64,000 bases of DNA, from NCBI GenBank assembly GCA_041650415.1, contig JBAZLC010000003.1:2033-66032 (forward strand), in the 5' to 3' direction. The notes beneath the pieces are model-generated. The model made no database searches, had not been told where the DNA came from, and saw only the letters and a program-made list of their open reading frames with translations. This document shows, piece by piece, positions 36,203 to 45,630 of the stretch; position 1 is the stretch's first letter; each line of letters opens with the position of its first letter. The DNA comes from Minisyncoccota bacterium. GTDB taxonomy: Bacteria > Patescibacteriota > Minisyncoccia > UBA6257 > UBA9933. The position numbers were made by a program, and so were the translations under genes.

Positions 36203-38017
36203 ATGAATTTAAGAAATATAGCCATTATCGCGCATGTTGACCACGGCAAAACCACTTTAGTGGACGCTCTTTTGAGACAATCGGAAAATTTTAAAATGAA
36301 AACCGACGCTCCGAAAGACTTGATTATGGATTCGAACGAACTTGAAAGAGAAAGGGGAATTACCATTTTTTCCAAAAACGCCTCAATCAAATACCACGAT
36401 ATAAAAATAAACATTGTTGATACTCCGGGACACGCCGATTTCGGCGGAGAAGTCGAACGCATCATGCGCATGGTTGATGGCGTGCTTTTACTTGTCGACG
36501 CCAAAGAGGGCCCGATGCCTCAGACGAAATTCGTTTTGAGAAAAGCCATTCAGGCCGGACACAAAATAATCGTCGTTATAAATAAAATAGACAAGCCGAA
36601 CGCCAGGCCGGAGTGGGTTTTAAACGCCACTTATGATTTGTTTTTCGAACTTGGAGCCAGCGAATCGCAAATAGAATTTCCGGTAATTTACGCTTCGGCG
36701 ATTACGGGCAAAGCCGGCTACGAGCCGAATCTTGAAAAAATGGAAAACGTGGAATGTATTTTTGAAACGATTATAAAATATATTCCCGAGCCGGTTGTCG
36801 ACGAATCAAAGCCGTTGCAAATGCTGACGGTTAATTTGGCGTACGATAATTATAAAGGGAAAATCGCGGTGGGCAGACTTTATTCCGGAACTTTAAAAAA
36901 GGGAACAACCATAGCGTACATAAATCGCAATGGAGAAATAAAACAAATCAAACTTACTTCGGTCATGCTTTTTGACGGCTTGAATAAAATTGACGTTGAA
37001 GAGGCAAGTGCCGGAGATATTGTGGCGGTCGCCGGAATTCCCGATATCTCAATAGGCGAGACAATCGCCGACCCGAAAAATCCGATTGCTTTGCCGACAA
37101 TTCAGATAGACGAACCGACAATTAAAATGACTTTTGGCGTAAATACTTCGCCGTTTAAAGGCAAAGAAGGAGAGTACACGACTTCACGTAATTTAAAAGA
37201 CCGGCTTGAACGCGAACTTGAAACGGACGTTGCGCTCTCGGTCGCTCCAGGGGAAACAACCGATCGCTGGGTCGTTTCCGGCCGCGGAGAACTTCACTTG
37301 GCGATTTTAATTGAGAAAATGCGCCGCGAAGGTTTTGAGCTGGAAGTTTCCAAGCCCCAGGTTATTTTTAAAGAAGTAAACGGTAAAAAAATGGAACCGA
37401 TGGAACTTGTTTCCATTGAAACGCCCGAGGCGTATTCGGGAACTATAATTGAAATGATGGGCAAGCGTTCCGGCATAATGAAAGAAATGCGGGTTGACCA
37501 GGGGATTGTTTATATGGATTTTACCATTCCGACGCGGGGCTTAATCGGTTCGCGCGGAGAATTTTTGACCAGCACAAAGGGCATGGGAATCATGAATAGC
37601 ATCTTTTTGGGCTATGAAGAATATAAGGGAGAAATTCGTCCCGAGACGCGCGGTTCAATTGTGGCTACCGAGACGGGAGTCTCAAATAACTTCGGCTTGG
37701 TTGCCGCGCAAGGCAGAGGAAAATTGTTTATGAGCGCCGGCGTTCCGGTTTATGAAGGAATGGTTGTCGGCCAAAACGCGAAAGCGGGCGATATTCCCGT
37801 GAATGTTTGTAAACAAAGAGAGCTTACAAACTTCAGAGCTAAAAACGAAGGGCTTCAGGACCAACTTGAAGTGCCTCTTACTCTTACTCTTGAAGACGCT
37901 TTAAGTTATATCGGCGATGATGAAATGGTTGAGGTTACTCCCAAGAGCGTCCGTATTAGAAAAATACTTCTTACCGAAATCGAAAGAAAAAGAGTCAGAC
38001 GCGACGTAAAGAATTAG
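36203..38017 (+). CDS. typA: Translational GTPase TypA/BipA
   Basis: [50 protein letters not shown]. Confidence 0.98.
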   Translation: MNLRNIAIIAHVDHGKTTLVDALLRQSENFKMKTDAPKDLIMDSNELERERGITIFSKNASIKYHDIKINIVDTPGHADFGGEVERIMRMVDGVLLLVDAKEGPMPQTKFVLRKAIQAGHKIIVVINKIDKPNARPEWVLNATYDLFFELGASESQIEFPVIYASAITGKAGYEPNLEKMENVECIFETIIKYIPEPVVDESKPLQMLTVNLAYDNYKGKIAVGRLYSGTLKKGTTIAYINRNGEIKQIKLTSVMLFDGLNKIDVEEASAGDIVAVAGIPDISIGETIADPKNPIALPTIQIDEPTIKMTFGVNTSPFKGKEGEYTTSRNLKDRLERELETDVALSVAPGETTDRWVVSGRGELHLAILIEKMRREGFELEVSKPQVIFKEVNGKKMEPMELVSIETPEAYSGTIIEMMGKRSGIMKEMRVDQGIVYMDFTIPTRGLIGSRGEFLTSTKGMGIMNSIFLGYEEYKGEIRPETRGSIVATETGVSNNFGLVAAQGRGKLFMSAGVPVYEGMVVGQNAKAGDIPVNVCKQRELTNFRAKNEGLQDQLEVPLTLTLEDALSYIGDDEMVEVTPKSVRIRKILLTEIERKRVRRDVKN

Positions 38018-38026
38018 CCGTTATTT

Positions 38027-38875
38027 TTATTTACAATTATTTTCGAATTTTTCCAAGTACTCCGGATTTTTTCGCAAAATTTCATCGATGTAGGGAGAGC
38101 CGTTGTTAAAAAGATTATTGAAAGATTCGCAGACAGCCGTGTTTTTAACATTTTTTTCGCCGGATTCGATATCAAGGCTTCCGGCGAGATTTTTTTCTTC
38201 GTCCGGTTTTTTAACTTCAACAACGGGCGATTCGGCACCTTTTGAGTCTTCAATGCTGGTTGCGGAAAAACCGCCGGCCGCGCCGGTAGGAGTAGAGGAA
38301 GCAGACAGTCCGGCGGATGGGGCGAACATTGTAACCGTTTGCGGAACATTTTCCGGAACGCTTTGCGCGGTATTTCGTGCGTTATCTTGCTGAACGCTTT
38401 TTTGGAAAGTTTGTTGAATTGTGGCAACGGCGCCTGTCTCGATTCCGTCACCAAGAGCGGCCATGGAATCACTTATCGAGTTATTTAAATCTTCCAAAAG
38501 TTTTGTTTCTTTGGATGGGTCGGGATTATTTTGGGCAATACTTTCTATTTCTTTAAGCCTGCGTCCGGCGAATTCCAGCTGGAGCAATGGTTTTTCGTCG
38601 GTGCTTGCGACGGTCAAACTGACGGATTCGTAAGCGCGTTTCATCGGATAAAGCAGGCTGTCTATTCCGGCATTTGTCTGGTCGGCGTAAACCGCCGAAG
38701 AGCTAACAACAAGCATTAAAGATATTACGCCGGCAAAGCCGAGCGCGAACGGGCGGTATGAATACCGGCTTTTTTGAGCCCCGGGGAATTTATTTCTGAA
38801 GCTTACCATGTAAACGGATTTGGTTTTTTCCAGAAAATCCTTATTAGCTTTTAATATTTTATTAAAATCTTTCAT
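38027..38875 (-). CDS. Putative anti-sigma factor (DUF5667-like, single TM)
   Basis: Abuts the ECF sigma stop; one TM then LLYPMKRAYE...LEFAGRRLKE; low-complexity tail. Confidence 0.65.
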   Translation of the reverse strand: MKDFNKILKANKDFLEKTKSVYMVSFRNKFPGAQKSRYSYRPFALGFAGVISLMLVVSSSAVYADQTNAGIDSLLYPMKRAYESVSLTVASTDEKPLLQLEFAGRRLKEIESIAQNNPDPSKETKLLEDLNNSISDSMAALGDGIETGAVATIQQTFQKSVQQDNARNTAQSVPENVPQTVTMFAPSAGLSASSTPTGAAGGFSATSIEDSKGAESPVVEVKKPDEEKNLAGSLDIESGEKNVKNTAVCESFNNLFNNGSPYIDEILRKNPEYLEKFENNCK

Positions 38876-39445
38876 TTATTTTAAATTATCTTTTATTTTG
38901 TTTTTGATGCGCATGGCGCTGATTCTCAGCGAGCCTTCGCTTTTGTCCAACATTCGCGATATTTCACGGAATGAAAGCTGGGCGATGAAGCGCATTTCAA
39001 AAATCTCTTGTTCTTCCGGCTGTAAGGTTTTTAAAAATTCAAATACTTTATTTAATTCAATTTTATTTTCCAGACGTCGGGATTCATCGATGGCGGAAGC
39101 CTCTTCAAGGATTTCTTCTTTAAGTTCGGAAAAATTATTCGATTTTTTATTATCTGAACTGCGATAATAATCTATAAGAGTGTTTCTCGCCAATTGCCAA
39201 AACCAGGAGGAAAAGTTTCCCAATTTCGGGTCGAACAATTCAACTTTGCTTACCAGTTTTAGAAAAATATCTTGCGCTAAATCTTCGGCGGTTGGTTTGC
39301 TGCGAGTCCGGCTAAACAGAAATCCGAATAATCTATTCGCGAAATATTTGTAAATTTCTTCGGCGGCTCCGGCGTCGCCTTTTTGCATTTTTTTGGCGAG
39401 ACGGTTTAATCTCCGCCCGCGGTAATTTTCCAAGAGATTATCCAT
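38876..39445 (-). CDS. ECF sigma-70 factor
   Basis: AEDLAQDIFLK, FSSWFWQLARNTLIDYYR, region 4 LSFREISRML. Confidence 0.93.
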   Translation of the reverse strand: MDNLLENYRGRRLNRLAKKMQKGDAGAAEEIYKYFANRLFGFLFSRTRSKPTAEDLAQDIFLKLVSKVELFDPKLGNFSSWFWQLARNTLIDYYRSSDNKKSNNFSELKEEILEEASAIDESRRLENKIELNKVFEFLKTLQPEEQEIFEMRFIAQLSFREISRMLDKSEGSLRISAMRIKNKIKDNLK

Positions 39446-39451
39446 AGTATA

Positions 39452-39477
39452 TTACGAATATATTGTAATAATGTTAC
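39452..39477 (-). promoter_or_regulatory. ECF-type autoregulatory promoter
   Basis: Minus strand GTAAC, 16 nt, CGTAA, ending 6 nt before the sigma ATG. Confidence 0.6.
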
Positions 39478-39619
39478 TTTGGCAAGCCTGGATTACCGCT
39501 TTTGAGATACTAATTTTATTGACAATGGAAATTTTCGGATCCATACTGATTAAAGTTAAGCTTAGGTCTTAAACAATTAAACATGACTGTTTTTGAATAA
39601 ACAAAGAAAAGGAGGCTTT

Positions 39620-41062
39620 ATGAGTAATATTCAGAAAACGGGCAACGGTTTGAAAAAGCGGGTGTTCCCGGACGGCAAAAACGTTTATTTCATCGACACC
39701 AGCGCTATCATGCATAATCCGAGTGTCGTTGAGAAGCTCAGCTCCGACGGGAACGTGGTCGTTCTGTCAATTTACGTTTTGGCGGAGCTCGATGCCGCCA
39801 AAAAATTTCAGGATGAGAAAGGAGTAAACGCCCGTACGATCGCCCGGCTCTTGGACGAATACCGAAGCCAGGGATCATTGGTTTCCGGAGTCAAAACGAA
39901 AAGCGGCGGGATCATTGTTGTTGACCACAATGGCGATGATAAAGCTTTCAAAAAACGCATGGCGGGTCTCGAAAAGACCAACGATAATCGCATCATCGAT
40001 GCGGCTCTCAGATGGAAGAATGAATCCGAGGGAAAGTATAAAAAGATCGCCTTGGTGAGCAAGGACATCAATTTGCGGGTGAAGGCGAACGCTTTCGGTA
40101 TCGACTCCGAAAATTACGAAAGCGACAAAAGCATCGCCAGACTCGACGAATTGTACTCGGGTTTCGCCGGCGTTTCTTTGGAAAACCCCGATTTTCTCAG
40201 GTTATTAAACCAAACTGGTTCTTTTTCGGTAAACGCTTTATCTGAACCGGACCTGGCAAAAATCGGTGCGTTGATGCCGAATCAGTGCTTGGAGATCAGC
40301 GTCAGCGAGAAAACTGCGCTGGCGATTTTCAAAAAATCTCAAGGCGTGTTCACCCTCGTGAAAAAACCTGTTCGTCCCGGCCTCGAAGAAGAAAAAAACG
40401 TTTCAGTCAGACCCAGGAATAACGAGCAGGCATTCGCCTTCAAGTTGCTCATGGATCAAACGATTTCCTTGATTGCTTTATCGGGGAAGGCCGGTACCGG
40501 AAAGACTTTGTTCGCGCTTCTTGCGGCCTTTGAGCAATTGGGAAATCCGTACAAAGGGATTGAGGTTTATCGGCCGAACGAAGAAATCGGAAACAAACTG
40601 GGAGCTCTTCCTGGGGACATCGGCGAAAAATTCGGCCCATGGACAAAACCTATCTTCGACAACCTCAGGTTGGTTTTGAAAAACGGCAAGGACGACGGGA
40701 AACAACATACAGGCAAAGGCCACAATATGACGAGGGATTATCTGGTTGAGAGCGGCCAATTCGAGATTATGCCGATAAACTTTATCAGGGGGAGGAGTAT
40801 AAACAACGAATTCGTTATCGTCGACGAAGCGCAAAATTTATCTCCTCACGAGATAAAGACCATCCTTACCAGGGCGGGCGATGGCACAAAGGTTGTGTTG
40901 ACGGGCGATTGTTCCCAGATAGACACTCCTTATCTCGATCCAGTCAGTAACGGCCTCTCGTATGCGATCGAAAGATTCAAAGGACAGGAAGTTTTTGGAA
41001 CACTTACGCTTCAACGCGGCGAGAGATCGTATCTTTCCGAGCTGGCGGCTAAGTTGATGTAA
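39620..41062 (+). CDS. PIN-PhoH (PhoH2-like) protein
   Basis: FIDTSA PIN start, ELD, NDNRII, SKDINLRVKA, GKAGTGKT, FIRGRS, DEAQN; SD GGAGG at 39611; promoter TTGACA-17-CATACT 39519-39547. Confidence 0.92.
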   Translation: MSNIQKTGNGLKKRVFPDGKNVYFIDTSAIMHNPSVVEKLSSDGNVVVLSIYVLAELDAAKKFQDEKGVNARTIARLLDEYRSQGSLVSGVKTKSGGIIVVDHNGDDKAFKKRMAGLEKTNDNRIIDAALRWKNESEGKYKKIALVSKDINLRVKANAFGIDSENYESDKSIARLDELYSGFAGVSLENPDFLRLLNQTGSFSVNALSEPDLAKIGALMPNQCLEISVSEKTALAIFKKSQGVFTLVKKPVRPGLEEEKNVSVRPRNNEQAFAFKLLMDQTISLIALSGKAGTGKTLFALLAAFEQLGNPYKGIEVYRPNEEIGNKLGALPGDIGEKFGPWTKPIFDNLRLVLKNGKDDGKQHTGKGHNMTRDYLVESGQFEIMPINFIRGRSINNEFVIVDEAQNLSPHEIKTILTRAGDGTKVVLTGDCSQIDTPYLDPVSNGLSYAIERFKGQEVFGTLTLQRGERSYLSELAAKLM

Positions 41063-41070
41063 TGACGGTT

Positions 41071-41109
41071 TCCCCGGGCGCTGATTGATTTCGCGCCCGG
41101 GGATTTTTT
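41071..41109 (+). terminator. Intrinsic terminator
   Basis: TCCCCGGGCGC...GCGCCCGGGGA-TTTTTT. Confidence 0.85.
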
Positions 41110-41149
41110 AATTGTAATTTTATCTAAATTAGTGTAAGATAGGCGTTAT

Positions 41150-41641
41150 ATGAATAAAAATCTTACTATTTTGTTGGTTATCATGGCGATTGTAATTGCT
41201 TTGGTCGGCGTTTATTTATTTATGGGAAATAAAAATGAAGATGAAACAGGGGAGAATTTAAATAATAATATTAATAATCAAAATCAAATGGAAAATAAAA
41301 CTTTGGAAGATGGTTTGCAAATAATAGATGAAGTCATTGGAACCGGCGCTGAAGCGAAAGCCGGAGATATTGTCAGTGTGAACTATATTGGCACTTTGGA
41401 AAACGGCAAAAAATTCGACAGTTCTTACGACAGGAATCAGCCGTTTTCTTTTACTTTGGGAATCGGACAGGTGATTAGGGGTTGGGATGAAGGAGTTGCC
41501 GGAATGAAAATCGGCGGCAAAAGAAAACTTGTTATTCCGCCGGCGCTTGCGTATGGCAGCCAAGAAGTTGGCAATGGTTTAATTCCCGCGAATTCAACTT
41601 TAATTTTTGAGGTTGAGCTTTTAGGCGTTCAATCGCAATAA
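41150..41641 (+). CDS. FKBP-type peptidyl-prolyl isomerase, membrane-anchored
   Basis: FDSSYDR, VIRGWDEG, IPPALAYG, IPANSTLIFEVELL. Confidence 0.95.
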   Translation: MNKNLTILLVIMAIVIALVGVYLFMGNKNEDETGENLNNNINNQNQMENKTLEDGLQIIDEVIGTGAEAKAGDIVSVNYIGTLENGKKFDSSYDRNQPFSFTLGIGQVIRGWDEGVAGMKIGGKRKLVIPPALAYGSQEVGNGLIPANSTLIFEVELLGVQSQ

Positions 41642-41656
41642 TTAAAATATAATTCA

Positions 41657-42907
41657 ATGAATAAATCTTCCGGTTTCTACAATCTTGGTATTGCTCCGAA
41701 CATCTTGGAAATACTTGATAAGTTTAATTTTAAAGTTCCTACTCCAATTCAGGAAAAGTCTATTCCTTTGTCAGTGGAAGGAAAAGATATGATAGGCGTT
41801 GCTCAAACGGGCACGGGCAAAACGCTGGCTTTTGCCATTCCAATGATTCAAGCCGCGCTTAACGGCAAAAAAGGGCTTGTAATATTGCCCACAAGAGAAC
41901 TTGCTTCCCAGGTAAATAACGTTTTTCGCAAATTCGGAGCGCCTCTTGGAATAAAAACGGCCGTGCTTATCGGAGGTGAACCTATCCGCCATCAAATTAG
42001 GAATATCCGCGAAAATCCGCAAATTATAATCGGTACTCCGGGAAGAATTATCGACCATTTGGAACAAAAAATTATTTCCCTTAAATCCGTTGGCGTGCTT
42101 ACGCTCGACGAAGCGGACAGGATGCTTGATATGGGTTTTGCTCCGCAATTAAAATTGATACTTCAAGCCGTGCCCCGTGAAAAACAAATGCTTCTTTTTT
42201 CGGCAACCATGCCGAAAGATATCGTTGCTATGGCGCAAGCTCACATGAAACTTCCACTACGGGTTGAAATCGCGCCTTCGGGCACTACGGCAACAAAAGT
42301 CACCCAGGAACTTTTCTTTGTGGAGAAAAACGACAAACCCAGGCTTTTGGAAAAACTTTTATACGAATACCGCGGTTCCGTTTTGATATTTATAAAAACA
42401 AAATTCGGGGCGAAAAAAATCGCTTCAAATGTCCATTCGATGGGACACACGGTTACCGAGCTTCACTCAAACCGTTCGCTTAAACAGCGCCAGGATGCGC
42501 TTGAAGGTTTTAGAAACGGCAAATACCGCGTTCTTGTGGCAACGGATATTGCCGCGCGGGGAATAGACGTAAAGGGGATTGAACTTGTTTTGAATTACGA
42601 CCTTCCCCAAAGTTCCGAAGATTACGTTCATCGCATCGGCAGAACGGCGCGTATCGGCGCGGACGGACACGCCATTTCTTTTGCCACGCCGGATCAGCGC
42701 GGCAAGGTAAAAGGCATAGAAAGGCTTATTCGGACGGCATTGCCGGTTTCAAGGCTTCCGGAGCTTCCGCCATTACGAAGAAGCGATTTGATACGCGAAA
42801 GAACAGAGCCGCGTTTTAGTAGAGGCGGTTCCGGCAGGAATAGTTTTGGCAGAAACAAAAGACTTTCAGAGCGTAGAAGCTCTAATTCTTATAGGGGCAG
42901 GAGATAG
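41657..42907 (+). CDS. DEAD-box RNA helicase (RhlE-like)
   Basis: AQTGTGKT, PTRELA, TPGR, DEAD, SAT, ARGID, HRIGRTAR. Confidence 0.96.
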   Translation: MNKSSGFYNLGIAPNILEILDKFNFKVPTPIQEKSIPLSVEGKDMIGVAQTGTGKTLAFAIPMIQAALNGKKGLVILPTRELASQVNNVFRKFGAPLGIKTAVLIGGEPIRHQIRNIRENPQIIIGTPGRIIDHLEQKIISLKSVGVLTLDEADRMLDMGFAPQLKLILQAVPREKQMLLFSATMPKDIVAMAQAHMKLPLRVEIAPSGTTATKVTQELFFVEKNDKPRLLEKLLYEYRGSVLIFIKTKFGAKKIASNVHSMGHTVTELHSNRSLKQRQDALEGFRNGKYRVLVATDIAARGIDVKGIELVLNYDLPQSSEDYVHRIGRTARIGADGHAISFATPDQRGKVKGIERLIRTALPVSRLPELPPLRRSDLIRERTEPRFSRGGSGRNSFGRNKRLSERRSSNSYRGRR

Positions 42908-42910
42908 TAG

Positions 42911-43873
42911 CTATTTTTCAGCTTTTATCTTATTTAAAATCTCTCTCACTTTTTCAATACTTTCGTCGTCTAAAATTGAAATCGCCATTGCTTTCGGGTT
43001 TATGCCTTTTAGAATCGCGAGTTTAACTTTTAAATCTTTCGGCGCAAGCTGGTCGCTTTTGGTTAAAAACAAATACTCATCTTTTTTTAGAAGTTCGGCG
43101 TTATACAAACCAAGTTCTTTTCTAATAGTTTTGTAATCTTTGCGCGGGTCAGGGGATTCGGCGGAAATAAAATGAAAAATTATTTTTGTTCTTTCGATAT
43201 GGCGCAAAAATTTTATACCCAGGCCTTTACCTTGCGAAGAGCCTTCTATTAATCCCGGAATGTCAGCTAAAACCAGTTCGTAATAAACTCCCAAATTCGG
43301 CTCAAGAGTCGTAAAGGCGTAGTTTGCCACTTTGCTTTTTGAATTTGTGAGCGCGTTTAACAAACTGGATTTTCCAACGTTTGGAAGTCCGACAAAACCG
43401 ATATCGGCAATAAGTTTTAATTCCAGCCGCAATTCAAATTCTTCTCCGGGCAGGCCGGGCTGAAATTCTTTCGGGCTTGTATTACGGGAAGAACGGAAAT
43501 GAAAATTTCCCTTACCGCCGTTTCCGCCTTTTGCCAAAAGCGCGCGTTCGCCGATTTTTACAAGCTCAATTTCTTCGCCGGTAGTCAAATTATGAATCAG
43601 TGTGCCAACCGGAACTCTTAGAATTAAATCTTTTCCATCTTGCCCGTCTCTGAATTGACTTCTGCCTTCTTGTCCGTTTTCGGCGGAAAGTATTTTTTTA
43701 AATCGAAATTGGTTAAGAGCGCTTAAATCGGCAATGGCTTCGGCGTAAACGCTTCCGCCTTTTCCGCCGGTCGCGCCGGTCGGCCCCAAACTCATTAAAT
43801 TTTTATTAAAAGCCACGGCGCCTTTACCGCCATTTCCCGAAGAAACTTTTATTTTTACGTCGTCTATTAACAT
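42911..43873 (-). CDS. obg: GTPase Obg/CgtA
   Basis: Gly-rich Obg fold; LELKLIADIGFVGLPNVGKS; DIPGLIEG; FLRHIERT. Confidence 0.96.
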   Translation of the reverse strand: MLIDDVKIKVSSGNGGKGAVAFNKNLMSLGPTGATGGKGGSVYAEAIADLSALNQFRFKKILSAENGQEGRSQFRDGQDGKDLILRVPVGTLIHNLTTGEEIELVKIGERALLAKGGNGGKGNFHFRSSRNTSPKEFQPGLPGEEFELRLELKLIADIGFVGLPNVGKSSLLNALTNSKSKVANYAFTTLEPNLGVYYELVLADIPGLIEGSSQGKGLGIKFLRHIERTKIIFHFISAESPDPRKDYKTIRKELGLYNAELLKKDEYLFLTKSDQLAPKDLKVKLAILKGINPKAMAISILDDESIEKVREILNKIKAEK

Positions 43874-43919
43874 GTTTTTATTATAGGTCTTTTTGAATAA
43901 GTTGTAATAGGAAAAAATA

Positions 43920-43949
43920 AAAGGCCAATTCCGGGAGGAATTGGCCTTT
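43920..43949 (-). terminator. Intrinsic terminator of the coiled-coil gene
   Basis: AAAGGCCAATTCC-ggga-GGAATTGGCCTTT with U-run on the minus strand. Confidence 0.75.
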
Positions 43950-43979
43950 GTGTGGTTGGTGCGTGTAGCGTTTGCGGGT

Positions 43980-44630
43980 TTACTCGGTCTTCTCGGACAG
44001 GTCGGCGTCGGGGTCGTCGGCGATCGGCTGTGCCAGGATCTTCTGGATAGCGAGAATCGTGTTCTGCAGGTCGGTCCTCGTGGGCCGCTTGGGCAGATTG
44101 GCGATTTCGCTTTCCATCTTTTTCCTGGCGGCGATGAAGCGCAGGATGATTTCCTTGCGCTTGGCGCTCTTCCTCGAAAGTTTCTCGACGGCTTTGCCGA
44201 GCTTCTCCTTCTGCTCGACGAGACGATTGTTGTTCTGTTCGAACATTTCGGCCTTCTCGTCCGATTGCTGGATCTCTTCCCGGAGACGTTTAATGAGTTC
44301 TTCGGTCTCCGCGATACGCTCTTCGGCGTCTTTCTCGAAATCGGCGAGGCGCTTTTCCGTTTGGGTCAGTATTTCCTCGTACCAGGACAGCAGCGTGCCG
44401 AGCATGTCGATTTTGACTTTCATGCCGTTGATTTCGGCTTCGGCCAGGATCAGGGGAATGGGCTTCCTTTCGCCTGTCTTTTTGTCGACGGCTGTAAAAT
44501 CCAGGACCATGCCCGACATTTCCGAAGGCCGTCTCATTTCCATCAGTTTCTGGAAAATGTCGTCGGCGCTTTCGGGACCGCCCATGTTCGCCAACCCCAT
44601 CAATGTTTTCATGATCTGCGATCGCTCCAT
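43980..44630 (-). CDS. Hypothetical coiled-coil protein (GC-rich stand-alone cassette)
   Basis: ATG 44630 preceded by AAGGAG; E/K-rich heptads; TTGACA at 44763-44758. Confidence 0.75.
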   Translation of the reverse strand: MERSQIMKTLMGLANMGGPESADDIFQKLMEMRRPSEMSGMVLDFTAVDKKTGERKPIPLILAEAEINGMKVKIDMLGTLLSWYEEILTQTEKRLADFEKDAEERIAETEELIKRLREEIQQSDEKAEMFEQNNNRLVEQKEKLGKAVEKLSRKSAKRKEIILRFIAARKKMESEIANLPKRPTRTDLQNTILAIQKILAQPIADDPDADLSEKTE

Positions 44631-44808
44631 CTTTTTCTCCTTTCCTTGAGTTTGGTTTCCGATTAAAACACTCCTATAAAAAAACGCTATTACGCGTGTA
44701 ATTTGTATCAATGTGCTATTTTAAAACTGCGCTTATTTAAGCAAATTTATGATTTTTTGTCAAATAAAAAGCCGCTTCCGCGTCTCTCGGTGTTTGTTAT
44801 AGTTTATT

Positions 44809-45279
44809 TTAAACTAATAAAAACGCTCCAAGAGCAAGTACTGCTAAGGCGGCGTAAAAAAGAGAAATATGCGGAGACATCATGGCCTTTCTTATTTCAA
44901 TTTCTTTAAATGGCGGAAGTTGGGGAGAAGTAAATTCTTGCGGCCAAACTCCGTTTTGGAAATATCCATTCATCGCGTCGGCAATTTCGTTTCTTCTTGT
45001 TTTATAATTCGCCCGGAAATTTTTATTTACCGCGTCTATCACGCAGAAAAATATCACCATAACTATCCCCAAAAGCAAAATTTCTTTATTTTTTGTCTGA
45101 AATGCCCAGCCGATTGAAGCGCCCCAAAGAGTTGCCGCCCAAGTTTTTATTTTCACGGACATGTCGTCGTATTTATCCATCTGGTTCTGCGACATCTCGA
45201 ATTCCGTTTTGACTATTTCAAACTGTCCGTCACAATCTATTCTTGAAGGAGCTTTTTTGGTTAAAATCGCGGTTTTCAT
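44809..45279 (-). CDS. Hypothetical membrane protein (about 3 TM)
   Basis: Hydrophobic hairpin after KIKTW plus a C-terminal TM. Confidence 0.7.
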   Translation of the reverse strand: MKTAILTKKAPSRIDCDGQFEIVKTEFEMSQNQMDKYDDMSVKIKTWAATLWGASIGWAFQTKNKEILLLGIVMVIFFCVIDAVNKNFRANYKTRRNEIADAMNGYFQNGVWPQEFTSPQLPPFKEIEIRKAMMSPHISLFYAALAVLALGAFLLV

Positions 45280-45282
45280 AAA

Positions 45283-45603
45283 TTATGCAATAATAAGTTG
45301 CGCTATAGTGGCGGCCGCGACTATTAAGATAAGAGAGGCGATAGTGTAAATTATCATTGAGACAGCTTCTTTTTTAAGTCCGTCTAAATAAAGCAAAATC
45401 GGCTTGCCGAAAATCAGCATAGCCATTACGGCAGTTGAAATTACGAAGGTCATCAAAAAAACCATGGGTCCCAAGACGCTTTTATCATCGTCCGGTCCGA
45501 AAATTTTTCCGGCAATAGGCATAAATATTGCTACTAATGCGATATATGCCGCCGCGCACACGGCATTAATAAAAGCGCGTTTTATTATTGTGTTTTTAGT
45601 CAT
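45283..45603 (-). CDS. Small membrane protein (3 TM)
   Basis: Three hydrophobic segments; IFGKPILLYLDG. Confidence 0.75.
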   Translation of the reverse strand: MTKNTIIKRAFINAVCAAAYIALVAIFMPIAGKIFGPDDDKSVLGPMVFLMTFVISTAVMAMLIFGKPILLYLDGLKKEAVSMIIYTIASLILIVAAATIAQLIIA

Positions 45604-45630
45604 ATGGCAATTATATCTCTAATTATCTTA

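Noticed and set aside
43941-44666. Long plus-strand ORFs of 241 and 225 aa
   Set aside because: Antisense shadows of the GC-rich minus-strand gene, which has the SD, promoter and terminator.
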